Sequence record: MK373778.1 | DNA length: 64,000 nucleotides | Reading direction: 5' to 3' (one strand) | DNA from: Escherichia phage vB_EcoM_WFbE185 | Part shown: positions 34,100 to 43,050 of the stretch, piece after piece | How positions within the stretch are numbered: position 1 is the stretch's first letter | Layout: the number at the start of each line of letters is the position of its first letter | The notes under the pieces: model-generated | Seen by the model: the letters and a program-made list of their open reading frames with translations, nothing else | Told to the model about the DNA's origin: nothing | The model's database searches: none | Position numbers and translations under genes: made by a program

Positions 34100-34301
34100 T
34101 TATAATTTCAACATCGGCCCAATGTCCGTATCCAGGTATACGGTCTTCGATAGATAAATTTCTGTCATTTTTAGGCATTTTAATTGACGTAACGTATGGT
34201 TCTAAACGGTTTTCCGCGTAATATGGAAAAACGTCGGTTACACGATAAGTAACTTCAATCATTTCCATACCAAACAATTTCTGGATTAATTTATTCAACA
34301 T
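34083..34301 (-). CDS. hypothetical protein
   Basis: 72-aa ORF in an operon-like array. Confidence 0.4.
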   Translation of the reverse strand: MLNKLIQKLFGMEMIEVTYRVTDVFPYYAENRLEPYVTSIKMPKNDRNLSIEDRIPGYGHWADVEIISVKDV

Positions 34302-34488
34302 GTTTCAACCCTTTAATAGGAGATAACTCTTTACCCATACGTATGTCAGAAGTCCCATCAACCCATTGAACAGCATACGCTTCATTGATAATTCCAGCGG
34401 CAGTTTTAAATTCGTTGAGAACTTTAAAAATCATCCCAGGGATTCCAACACCTTTTAATTGGACTGTTTGTGCTATTAAAAATTTCAT
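34291..34488 (-). CDS. hypothetical protein
   Basis: 65-aa ORF overlapping its neighbours. Confidence 0.4.
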   Translation of the reverse strand: MKFLIAQTVQLKGVGIPGMIFKVLNEFKTAAGIINEAYAVQWVDGTSDIRMGKELSPIKGLKHVE

Positions 34489-34542
34489 ATTTTTCCACTT
34501 ACTAAAGAAATCATTATACTCTAATCCGTCCTTGGATGTACA

Positions 34543-35157
34543 CTACTTAATGAAATTAATTTCTACCGGATGAACAACAGGTTGAGCAGTGATATATTGA
34601 GTAATTGCTTTCATGACTAGAGCTTCAGAACCAGGATTTTTCTCAACGAATTCACGTGCTAGGTTATGAGCTTCGAGTTCACTCAATAAACCGGAACGCT
34701 GGCATCCACGGTCTTGAGTACCCTGTTCAGATAAAAGGACTACTACATATTTTTCATCGTCGTAGGGCTTAGCCAGTTGAGCAAATGTTCCTTTACTTCC
34801 AAAAGGAGAGTTATGTCGCCACATCACGCCGTGTGGAGTTTCAACCTTCGTATATTCGTGCGGTCCATTTTTCTTAGTTTCTTGATGTGGAACTTCATAG
34901 ACCTTAGGGTTAGGACATTCAATAAAATGCTCATCTAAATCGGTCGAGAATATTAAAGTAAAACAATTACTGAATTTACCAACACCGGCCTGATAAATTT
35001 TACCTTCAGAAGTTCTAATTTCACAAACTGAGCCGGCATCAGTAACTTCTAAAACTTCAAAAGGCTCAATAAGGTCATATGAGAACATGTTTTTAAGGCG
35101 TGGAGTAATATCCCCATTTTTAAAATTCATTTTATAAAAAGTATTAACTTTAAACAT
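34543..35157 (-). CDS. hypothetical protein
   Basis: 204 aa from ATG at 35157 with SD GAGG upstream; the longer track ORF begins with TTG inside a hairpin. Confidence 0.5.
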   Translation of the reverse strand: MFKVNTFYKMNFKNGDITPRLKNMFSYDLIEPFEVLEVTDAGSVCEIRTSEGKIYQAGVGKFSNCFTLIFSTDLDEHFIECPNPKVYEVPHQETKKNGPHEYTKVETPHGVMWRHNSPFGSKGTFAQLAKPYDDEKYVVVLLSEQGTQDRGCQRSGLLSELEAHNLAREFVEKNPGSEALVMKAITQYITAQPVVHPVEINFIK

Positions 35158-35169
35158 AATTTCCTCAGT

Positions 35170-35185
35170 GGGAGCCGAAGCTCCC
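35170..35185 (-). terminator. hairpin between the 30.7-like and 30.6-like ORFs
   Basis: GGGAGC-CGAA-GCTCCC; no clear U-run, so it may be a stabilising or processing hairpin rather than a terminator. Confidence 0.35.
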
Positions 35186-35192
35186 AATTAAT

Positions 35193-35558
35193 TTAGATAT
35201 CAAATTCGTTAAGAACTACATCAAAGATTGCTTCGAGATGTTCAGGTTTAGCTCGGTTACTCAGGATATGACGAATCCAAGTTTTAACCAGAAGTTTACG
35301 ATTAACACCATTCCAGCAAGGATGAGTACCTAAATCACGTTGACGGAAGTCATCATCTAAAGCGATTTTGAAATTAGAACCTTCCATCGTGATTGAAACC
35401 GTGATGCCATTTTCAAATCGCATATAAACGTAATTAGGAGTCATGCACTGTTCGATTTCACAAACTGTACCGTTTTCGTGTTTCCATAAGCAAATAACTT
35501 CAGAAGAACCAGCAATACCGTTAGAAACATATTTACGTTCGAAGTTGATGTAGTTCAT
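35193..35558 (-). CDS. hypothetical protein (T4 30.7-like position)
   Basis: 121 aa; SD GGAGA; early promoter upstream. Confidence 0.5.
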   Translation of the reverse strand: MNYINFERKYVSNGIAGSSEVICLWKHENGTVCEIEQCMTPNYVYMRFENGITVSITMEGSNFKIALDDDFRQRDLGTHPCWNGVNRKLLVKTWIRHILSNRAKPEHLEAIFDVVLNEFDI

Positions 35559-35599
35559 TTTATTCTCCAGATGTTTAAGTTGTTTGTTGGTACAGGTCT

Positions 35600-35628
35600 A
35601 TAATAACATAACCTGTACCAAAGTAAAC
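35600..35628 (-). promoter_or_regulatory. T4-type early promoter with flanking inverted repeat
   Basis: Minus strand GTTTAC-N17-TATTAT; 9-bp inverted repeat (35589-35597 / 35611-35619) brackets the -10. Confidence 0.55.
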
Positions 35629-35632
35629 TGTT

Positions 35633-36001
35633 TTATGCAACTTTAATCCAATTGTCTAAATTTAAAACACCTTTGGCTTTCATTTTTTCGATCAGGTTAT
35701 CTGCTGTAATGCGTCCATTTTGATACCATGTAACATCTTCAGAGTAACCAGTTTCTTCGTCAACATATGTTTCTGAACGAATTTTACCGGTAATAATAGT
35801 TTTTAATTCGTATGTGTCACCTGTGAAAAAGTTTGCTAACACAATTTTCCAAGAGAAATCATCAGAAGGACCTTCAGGGGTCATACAACCTACGAACTCA
35901 AATTGCTCTTTGTATAACATCCACTGGAATTCTTTAATTTCGATAGCTTTATAACCGTCGTGGTCTTTACATTTGATGTATGAGTTCAGATTGATTTTCA
36001 T
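35633..36001 (-). CDS. hypothetical protein (T4 30.8-like position)
   Basis: 122 aa; early promoter upstream. Confidence 0.5.
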   Translation of the reverse strand: MKINLNSYIKCKDHDGYKAIEIKEFQWMLYKEQFEFVGCMTPEGPSDDFSWKIVLANFFTGDTYELKTIITGKIRSETYVDEETGYSEDVTWYQNGRITADNLIEKMKAKGVLNLDNWIKVA

Positions 36002-36043
36002 TTTGTTCTCCGGTTTGTTTTATTGATTAGGTGGTACAAGTCT

Positions 36044-36072
36044 ATAGTAACACATCCTACAGGAGAGTAAAC
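36044..36072 (-). promoter_or_regulatory. T4-type early promoter
   Basis: Minus strand GTTTAC-N17-TGTGTTACTATAGAC upstream of the ORF at 35633-36001. Confidence 0.55.
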
Positions 36073-36108
36073 ATCTTTTTAAACTTTTTCTGCCCTAAAC
36101 GCACAAAA

Positions 36109-36126
36109 GGGAGACCGAAGTCTCCC
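36109..36126 (-). terminator. intrinsic terminator after the small basic ORF
   Basis: Minus strand GGGAGAC-UUCG-GUCUCCC followed by UUUUG. Confidence 0.65.
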
Positions 36127-36131
36127 TAAAA

Positions 36132-36311
36132 TTATGCAACAACCTTTCCAAAACGAGAAGCATCATCTCGAAGAACTGCACGTGCTCTGCGCATGATCTT
36201 CTCAACTGTTTGATTAATACGAGAGTTCGACCCACGCTTGTATCCAGCGCGTTTAGAGGTACCATCAACTTTCTTTTCAACTGCTTTCTTTGCTTTAGCT
36301 TGTTTTGCCAT
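36132..36311 (-). CDS. small highly basic protein
   Basis: 59-aa ORF, below the track cutoff, found by hand: MAKQAKAKKAVEKKVDGTSKRAGYKRGSNSRINQ...; SD AAGAG; terminator hairpin 6 nt after its stop. Confidence 0.5.
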   Translation of the reverse strand: MAKQAKAKKAVEKKVDGTSKRAGYKRGSNSRINQTVEKIMRRARAVLRDDASRFGKVVA

Positions 36312-36523
36312 TATAAATTCTCTTTAAATGAAAATGCAGGACTTATTGACATTGCCTGCGCAAGCCCTCAAGGGGAACATAGGTTTTGGATATTTAACGA
36401 CAGGATAACCATAAACCCGTCATCATACCAACCACGACTTAGACAGATAACCTTTTTCTGACGCGTGATAGTACAAAATACATTCAAGAGGTACACCGTA
36501 AAACTGCCGTGGTCTTAAAACTA

Positions 36524-36543
36524 TAATGATTCGCAAATCATTA
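36524..36543. repeat. perfect 20-bp palindrome TAATGATT-CGCA-AATCATTA in a non-coding region
   Basis: 8-bp perfect inverted arms with a 4-nt centre, read directly from the sequence; function unknown. Confidence 0.6.
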
Positions 36544-36606
36544 ATCAGACAGTTCGACGGCTCCTCGATTTTCTAGCCGCACTTAAGGTAGCGAATCACC
36601 TAAAAC

Positions 36607-36855
36607 TTATTTAAGGGTAATAACAAAATGACGTACTGCTTTACGAGCTGCAGAAGCCAAAGGCTTAGCATATTTCAGTTCATCTTTTGCTTCCAGTTCA
36701 GAGGCCAAAGCCGCCTGTACCGGGTTCAGACGTTTGAAATAATGCAGGATTTCCAGTGCTTCGGCTTCAACATCAATCGACGCGCCGTAGTTTTCGTGAC
36801 CGTTATTCCATGCGTTTCGTTGCAGTTCAAGAGCGTGTTGTAATTGTTTAATCAT
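36607..36855 (-). CDS. rIII: RIII lysis-inhibition accessory protein
   Basis: 82 aa; position next to gene 31. Confidence 0.85.
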   Translation of the reverse strand: MIKQLQHALELQRNAWNNGHENYGASIDVEAEALEILHYFKRLNPVQAALASELEAKDELKYAKPLASAARKAVRHFVITLK

Positions 36856-36971
36856 TTTAAATTCTCAATTCGAGATAATATTTAGTAGCCACGTTCGTCT
36901 GAATTTCACCTTCTTTCGACAAGTCTCTCAGTTGTAGGCTACCGCTTAGAAGAGTGTTCTCTTCATATAGT

Positions 36972-36979
36972 TATTTATA
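36972..36979 (-). promoter_or_regulatory. late promoter (TATAAATA) upstream of rIII
   Basis: Reverse-complement TATAAATA in the 31-rIII intergenic region, followed by hairpin GAAGAG-AACA-CUCUUC. Confidence 0.4.
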
Positions 36980-37312
36980 TCACTTATAAAGACACGGAAT
37001 AGCTTTATAGTGGCATGTTACGAATTTCTGTTTAATTTCTTTAGGTTGTTTAAGTCCCAAAGCCACAAATGGATGTGGAACATTTCGAATTTGTCCAACT
37101 GGTAGTGGAGTCAAATCACCGACTTCAACAAAACCTTCAGGAACATCAGGACCTACAGAATGAACTACACATAGTTCAGGAACTTCACCTTGAACACGTT
37201 TACCAATCACAAGTCCTGATTCGGTAACTTCTTCATCACCTGCTTGAGCGGGTTCAGAAACCAGAATGACATATTCACCAACAGCACGAATTGGGAGTTG
37301 TACTTCAGACAT
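36980..37312 (-). CDS. 31: gp31 GroES-like co-chaperonin for capsid folding
   Basis: 110 aa; [29 protein letters not shown]... matches recalled T4 gp31. Confidence 0.95.
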   Translation of the reverse strand: MSEVQLPIRAVGEYVILVSEPAQAGDEEVTESGLVIGKRVQGEVPELCVVHSVGPDVPEGFVEVGDLTPLPVGQIRNVPHPFVALGLKQPKEIKQKFVTCHYKAIPCLYK

Positions 37313-37342
37313 CTTATTTCCTTGTTGTTTGACGATAGATTA

Positions 37343-37367
37343 ATAATACCATACTATTCGTAAAGCA
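37343..37367 (-). promoter_or_regulatory. middle promoter (MotA box + -10) for gene 31
   Basis: Minus strand reads TGCTTTA, 12 nt, TATTAT, then SD AGGAA. Confidence 0.5.
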
Positions 37368-37369
37368 TA

Positions 37370-37678
37370 TTACATAAGAAGCAAACGTTCTACCGGAGTA
37401 CCATCAACCGAAATTACTTTATCAAGGCGGAAAGAACGCCACTGACCTAACTTGGTATCGAATGCTCGAACTGATTCACGAGGTTCAGAACGAACTTCTG
37501 TTGCCGGATTGTTATTTTCATATTTGACTTCAAGTTCATCGCGCGAAGCAAACATAGTGCGTACCTCACCGTTAGCCTTTTCAAATACAACACAATGAAC
37601 GCCTACAGACAGAATAGTTTTAATACGTTCACGAAGAACCATAGTCTCTTGTTCAGTTAAAATCATATTATTCACCAC
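37370..37678 (-). CDS. hypothetical protein (T4 31.1 position)
   Basis: 102 aa; synteny. Confidence 0.5.
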   Translation of the reverse strand: MVNNMILTEQETMVLRERIKTILSVGVHCVVFEKANGEVRTMFASRDELEVKYENNNPATEVRSEPRESVRAFDTKLGQWRSFRLDKVISVDGTPVERLLLM

Positions 37679-38249
37679 AAAAGTTTCGGATTTGTTCCCA
37701 ATTCAGAGAACGAAGATTATTACGAGAGTACTGAATTACTTCAATACCGGCTTGTTTTAGAATGTCTGCCCAATTTTCAGGAGATCTGTCATATAATTCT
37801 GCGTATACAACCTTTTTAATACCTGACTGTGTAATAGCTTTAGTGCAATCAGGACACGGAGAAAGCGTCGTATATAACGTAGCACCTTCAATAGAATTAC
37901 CTTTACGAGCTGCAAACAAAATTGCATTCAATTCAGCATGGATTTCATTATTAGCAGACCATGCACTATGAGCCGCTCGATGTTCTTTAGCCAAAACAAA
38001 ATTATCCACCCGTCCAAATGCTGTAGTGCCTTCTTTATGCCCAGCAACGATGACCGGGCTTGGTTTATTCTTCAACCAACCGTTTTCGGATGCATGTTCG
38101 CAACAGTTTGTACCACCTGAAGGAGAGCCATTATAACCTGTAGAAATAATGCGTCCATCTTTTTCAATGACGGCACCAACTTTCCATGAACAACATTTTG
38201 ATTCTTGAGAAATCAAATAAGCAATTTGAAGATATGTGCTAGCTTTCAT
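37668..38249 (-). CDS. cd: dCMP deaminase
   Basis: 193 aa; zinc motifs HAELNA and PCPDC. Confidence 0.95.
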   Translation of the reverse strand: MKASTYLQIAYLISQESKCCSWKVGAVIEKDGRIISTGYNGSPSGGTNCCEHASENGWLKNKPSPVIVAGHKEGTTAFGRVDNFVLAKEHRAAHSAWSANNEIHAELNAILFAARKGNSIEGATLYTTLSPCPDCTKAITQSGIKKVVYAELYDRSPENWADILKQAGIEVIQYSRNNLRSLNWEQIRNFCGE

Positions 38250-39241
38250 TATTGAACCTTATTAATATAAGTTAACAGCTCTTTAGTTTGTTCCCAACTG
38301 ATGCACGCATCGGTAACGGAAACGCCATAGGACATATTATCAGAAATTTTTTGATTTCCTTCATGTAGGAATGATTCTATCATAATTCCTTTGACCAAAT
38401 CATTAGCTGCTAAATTTTTACCAATACCAATTTGATTGCTATAATGCCCAGCAGCGTTTGCATGGCTACAGTCAACCATTACATAATGATTCAGACCTAC
38501 TGCACTTGCTTTGTTAGAAGCTTCTTGAATATCAGAAGAATGATAGTTCGGGCCGTTGGTCCCGCCACGCAATACGATATGCGTATTCTGATTACCTTCA
38601 GCTTCAACAATGCCTACAGTACCATCGACGTCCATACCCATATACCGATGAGGCCAGGCGGCACTATACATCGCGTCTGTAGCTACTTTAATAGAACCAT
38701 TGGTTGCGTTCTTGAAGCCTACGCACATCGGTAGACCTGAAGCAATTTCACGATGTGTCTGACTTTCAGTCGTACGGGCGCCAATAGCAACCCATGAGAA
38801 AATACCAGAAAGATACTTAATCGTGAATGGGTCTAATACTTCAGTTGCTAATGGAAGTCCCATACGTAGAAGTTTACGACACAATGTTCGTGCAACTATA
38901 AGACCGTGGTTCATATCAAAACTTCCGTCAAGATATGGATCATTTACAAGACCTTTCCAACCTACGGTAGTTCGAGGCTTTTCAAAATAAACGCGCATCA
39001 CTAACAGAACATTAGGAAGACGAGTTTGAAGTTCAGCCAGACGTTTGCCGTATTCAACAGCAGCAATAGGGTCATGAATTGAACAAGGACCTACAACAAT
39101 AAGTTTGCGTGGGTCTTCACCGTTCATAATCGAATTAACTTGTTCGCGATGAGAAGCCACTTGTGATGCGTAAGCTTCCGACAAAGGAATAATCTCAGCC
39201 AGTTCTTTTGGAGAAATAAGTTTTCCGACGACAGGTAACAT
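38249..39241 (-). CDS. class I DAHP synthase (phospho-2-dehydro-3-deoxyheptonate aldolase, AroG/AroF/AroH-type)
   Basis: 330 aa; motifs GPCSIHD, KPRTTVGWKG, GARTTESQ, DCSHAN, ESFLHEGNQ, TDACI align with recalled E. coli AroG active-site regions; SD AAGGA; stop overlaps the cd start. Confidence 0.9.
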   Translation of the reverse strand: MLPVVGKLISPKELAEIIPLSEAYASQVASHREQVNSIMNGEDPRKLIVVGPCSIHDPIAAVEYGKRLAELQTRLPNVLLVMRVYFEKPRTTVGWKGLVNDPYLDGSFDMNHGLIVARTLCRKLLRMGLPLATEVLDPFTIKYLSGIFSWVAIGARTTESQTHREIASGLPMCVGFKNATNGSIKVATDAMYSAAWPHRYMGMDVDGTVGIVEAEGNQNTHIVLRGGTNGPNYHSSDIQEASNKASAVGLNHYVMVDCSHANAAGHYSNQIGIGKNLAANDLVKGIMIESFLHEGNQKISDNMSYGVSVTDACISWEQTKELLTYINKVQ

Positions 39242-39361
39242 AACAATCCTTAGGAGATATAAACAGATTCTGATTCAACAATACCTTTAACCGGATTAGA
39301 CAGGCTAAGTTGGTAGTGCTCAGATTTATGACCATTCTCGATAGTAATGAGATAGCTCTCA

Positions 39362-39598
39362 TTATAGTGTTCCATATACTCGAGTTGCTTCAACAAGACC
39401 ATCACTGCCTAATTTAAGATTAGTAATTTGGTCACCATCTTTAGGATTAACGATTATGAGAAAAGAACGTGGAGATTCTTGAATAACTCGTAATGTTGCA
39501 TCTTGGAAACGTTCAGACACTTTATTGATGAGTGCTTGAGCAAATTCTTTTACTTTAATCTGAAATTCGTGTACTGTAATTGGGTTTTCACTTAGCAT
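39362..39598 (-). CDS. hypothetical protein (cd.x region)
   Basis: 78 aa; SD GAGGAA; early promoter upstream. Confidence 0.45.
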   Translation of the reverse strand: MLSENPITVHEFQIKVKEFAQALINKVSERFQDATLRVIQESPRSFLIIVNPKDGDQITNLKLGSDGLVEATRVYGTL

Positions 39599-39626
39599 TT
39601 CTATTTCCTCATTTGTTGGTAGAGTT

Positions 39627-39656
39627 ATAGTATCACAACTCTACCATGTTGTAAAC
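39627..39656 (-). promoter_or_regulatory. T4-type early promoter with flanking inverted repeat
   Basis: Minus strand GTTTAC-N18-TACTAT; 9-bp arms at 39618-39626 and 39638-39646. Confidence 0.55.
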
Positions 39657-39658
39657 CA

Positions 39659-39934
39659 TTAAATTGCTTTGCATTCAATTTTTTGTGTACCGAAATTGAT
39701 ATCACATTGGATAACTAAATCGCCGTCAAGATCAAATACCACGATGACGTGTGCAGACCCAGGGAGAAGAGTAATAGCAATAGAATCTACTTGGTCTGGG
39801 AGCAAAGCATTGAGTACATGAGTTACTTGAGCATGAACTCTGAGTTCGGCTGCATTATTAAGCACTTCAAACATATTATTAGCAATAATCTGACTGAAGA
39901 CTACCTTTACAATTTCAGAATAAGTTGGGAACAT
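39659..39934 (-). CDS. hypothetical protein (cd.x region)
   Basis: 91-aa ORF. Confidence 0.45.
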   Translation of the reverse strand: MFPTYSEIVKVVFSQIIANNMFEVLNNAAELRVHAQVTHVLNALLPDQVDSIAITLLPGSAHVIVVFDLDGDLVIQCDINFGTQKIECKAI

Positions 39935-39941
39935 AATTACC

Positions 39942-40166
39942 TCAGTGCACAGTATTTACTTTAACTCGAACAACAAATCGCTCGGTTGGTTCACCTACAG
40001 GAACAAACTCTACATGATATTCACCTTTGTAACGAGTATTCAGATCATTACGAATTCCTGCGAGTTTGTTGATTAATGTAGGACTCATATTAAGTCCCAC
40101 TAGTTTACGAAGCATTTTGTATGCTTCATCTTCGATTTCATGATGTTTATCGTACATAGTTTTCAT
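39942..40166 (-). CDS. hypothetical protein (cd.x region)
   Basis: 74-aa ORF. Confidence 0.45.
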   Translation of the reverse strand: MKTMYDKHHEIEDEAYKMLRKLVGLNMSPTLINKLAGIRNDLNTRYKGEYHVEFVPVGEPTERFVVRVKVNTVH

Positions 40167-40338
40167 TTAACCATTCAATTGCCTGGTCGACGTTATCAAA
40201 TATACCACCGTCCAAACGTTCTTCATGCTCATAGTCCAGCACATCAATACCGAACTGTCCATTTACTAAAGGCCAGGCTACAAACAAATATTCTTTATGC
40301 TGTTCGATTGTACGAAAAATCTTTTCGATGTTATTCAT
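40147..40338 (-). CDS. hypothetical protein (cd.x region)
   Basis: 63-aa ORF. Confidence 0.45.
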   Translation of the reverse strand: MNNIEKIFRTIEQHKEYLFVAWPLVNGQFGIDVLDYEHEERLDGGIFDNVDQAIEWLNENYVR

Positions 40339-41053
40339 AAGTTTTCCATTTTCTACCTAGTTGCCAGTCCGGGCTGTTTAATCTAGGATCGTTTATATCG
40401 GTGGTAGAAGACTTTTTACCTGAAATATGGATTAACCATTTTCTAGATTTAGCTGCTTTAGAATAATTTTCTTTAGCCTTATCACTTCTAACCTTGCCTT
40501 TATTGGATTTGGATATTTTATTACCCCATTCAATAATAGACTCTTCACTCATAAAATCTTTAACATTCTTACCATACATAGGATTATTTTCGCCTTTAAA
40601 CGTATTACCATTTTTAAGACGGGTTTCTTTAGATTTAATCCCATGACCTGGCAATTTCTTACCTTTAATCCAAGGAACCACACCATTATTAAATCGTTCT
40701 TTTTGCGATTTAGAAATTTTTGCAGATGTTTCTGGGCTTGAATTAACATTAATACGATTTTCATTAATATAATCCCAGCCTCCTTCTCCGCCAGGTTTCA
40801 AATTGTAATTAGTATCCAGTTTTATAAATTCTTTAGTTACTAATTTGGCTTCTAAATCATATGCTTCTTGTTTAGTTTCAAATATTTTTATGATTTCTTT
40901 ATTAAAAGAATCTTTACCATATTTTGATTCAGCATTTTTAAAAGCTGTACCGGAACCTAAATAAGAATCATTTTCTTTTAAGGTCTTATGAACCCCTATA
41001 TAAATTTTGTTGTTAACCAAACATGTGGTTTTATACACAGTGTATTTTTCCAT
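40331..41053 (-). CDS. GIY-YIG homing endonuclease (Seg-like, freestanding)
   Basis: 240 aa from ATG at 41053 (SD GAGGTGA 5 nt upstream); N-terminal GIY-YIG module VYKTTCLVNNKIYIGVHKT...YLGSG and C-terminal NUMOD-like basic repeats. Confidence 0.8.
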   Translation of the reverse strand: MEKYTVYKTTCLVNNKIYIGVHKTLKENDSYLGSGTAFKNAESKYGKDSFNKEIIKIFETKQEAYDLEAKLVTKEFIKLDTNYNLKPGGEGGWDYINENRINVNSSPETSAKISKSQKERFNNGVVPWIKGKKLPGHGIKSKETRLKNGNTFKGENNPMYGKNVKDFMSEESIIEWGNKISKSNKGKVRSDKAKENYSKAAKSRKWLIHISGKKSSTTDINDPRLNSPDWQLGRKWKTYE

Positions 41054-41071
41054 TAGAATCACCTCTATAGA

Positions 41072-41079
41072 TATTTATA
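41072..41079 (-). promoter_or_regulatory. late promoter (TATAAATA) for the homing endonuclease gene
   Basis: Reverse-complement TATAAATA 18 nt upstream of the ATG at 41053. Confidence 0.5.
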
Positions 41080-41100
41080 TTCATCTATGGAGATTTCTAA

Positions 41101-42187
<1,087 letters not shown>

Positions 42188-42188
<1 letters not shown>

Positions 42189-42487
42189 TATTTTATTCCT
42201 AAGAAAGTTTCAAGAATACGAATGTTATGCTCGCGCCGGTCTTTATTAATTTCAGCAACGTTTTTATTAATTGACGTACTTCTAACGTTTGAAGAAATAA
42301 ATTTAATCATATGACTTTTGAGTTGTTGCAAATCCAACCCTTTTTCTTTAGCAGCTTTACGAAGAGCTTTACCTGCTTCATCTAGTGCCTTTGCTGCATC
42401 TTTGTCATAATTGACAAGTGACATTCCACGGCAGATATCAATATACTCGTCAGACCGTTTGATGTAATTCTCTAGTAATGTTTTCAT
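42188..42487 (-). CDS. hypothetical protein
   Basis: 99 aa; SD GAGGAA; early promoter upstream. Confidence 0.5.
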
Positions 42488-42515
42488 TTAGATTTCCTCA
42501 ATTATCCATAGGAGC

Positions 42516-42545
42516 ATTATACTCTGCTCCCGAGAGTTTGTAAAC
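42516..42545 (-). promoter_or_regulatory. T4-type early promoter
   Basis: Minus strand GTTTAC-N18-TATAAT; short inverted repeat GGAGCA / TGCTCC around the -10. Confidence 0.55.
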
Positions 42546-42769
42546 TATTTTACTAAAGATTCAATATACTCATGAAGAGCTTTAGTCGCTACTGCCCACT
42601 TATTCTGATATTCATTTTTCAGATTAGCACGAGACTGAACTAACAAGCGGTCATTAGTCGGAGGCAAAGATTCTAATCGTTGAATCTGGCGTCCATAAAT
42701 CATAGCCGCCATTTCAGATTCATAGATAAGCCCTTTAATGTATTCATGCTGTTCTTTAGTCATTGGCAT
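42545..42769 (-). CDS. hypothetical protein (pseT.1 position)
   Basis: 74-aa ORF. Confidence 0.45.
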   Translation of the reverse strand: MPMTKEQHEYIKGLIYESEMAAMIYGRQIQRLESLPPTNDRLLVQSRANLKNEYQNKWAVATKALHEYIESLVK

Positions 42770-43050
42770 TTTTCCTCTTTTAAACCACTACGATAATAAC
42801 ATAACATAGTCTTCTGGTCATGTATATATCTTTTTACGTCGTTTAACCAGATACGAAATTCTTGAGAGTCTTCAAATGGCATTCCAACCCACGGATTACC
42901 ATCAATAACCTTTACTTGCCATTTCTGGTTGTATTCGGAAATAGGCGTAGGCCATGAAGGATGTAAAGTTTCTTTAGGGCTTACTGGCACATCCTGAGTA
43001 CATCCAACTAGGAGACCAATAGATAATACAGCCACAGTTAATTTAATCAT
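42760..43050 (-). CDS. o-spanin lipoprotein (T4 pseT.2 equivalent)
   Basis: 96 aa; signal peptide with lipobox LLVGC. Confidence 0.7.
   Translation of the reverse strand: MIKLTVAVLSIGLLVGCTQDVPVSPKETLHPSWPTPISEYNQKWQVKVIDGNPWVGMPFEDSQEFRIWLNDVKRYIHDQKTMLCYYRSGLKEEKCQ

Noticed and set aside
36095-36280. 61-aa minus-strand track ORF
   Set aside because: Starts at TTG, has no SD and runs through the terminator hairpin; the 59-aa basic ORF in another frame (36132-36311) has SD, ATG and terminator in the right places.
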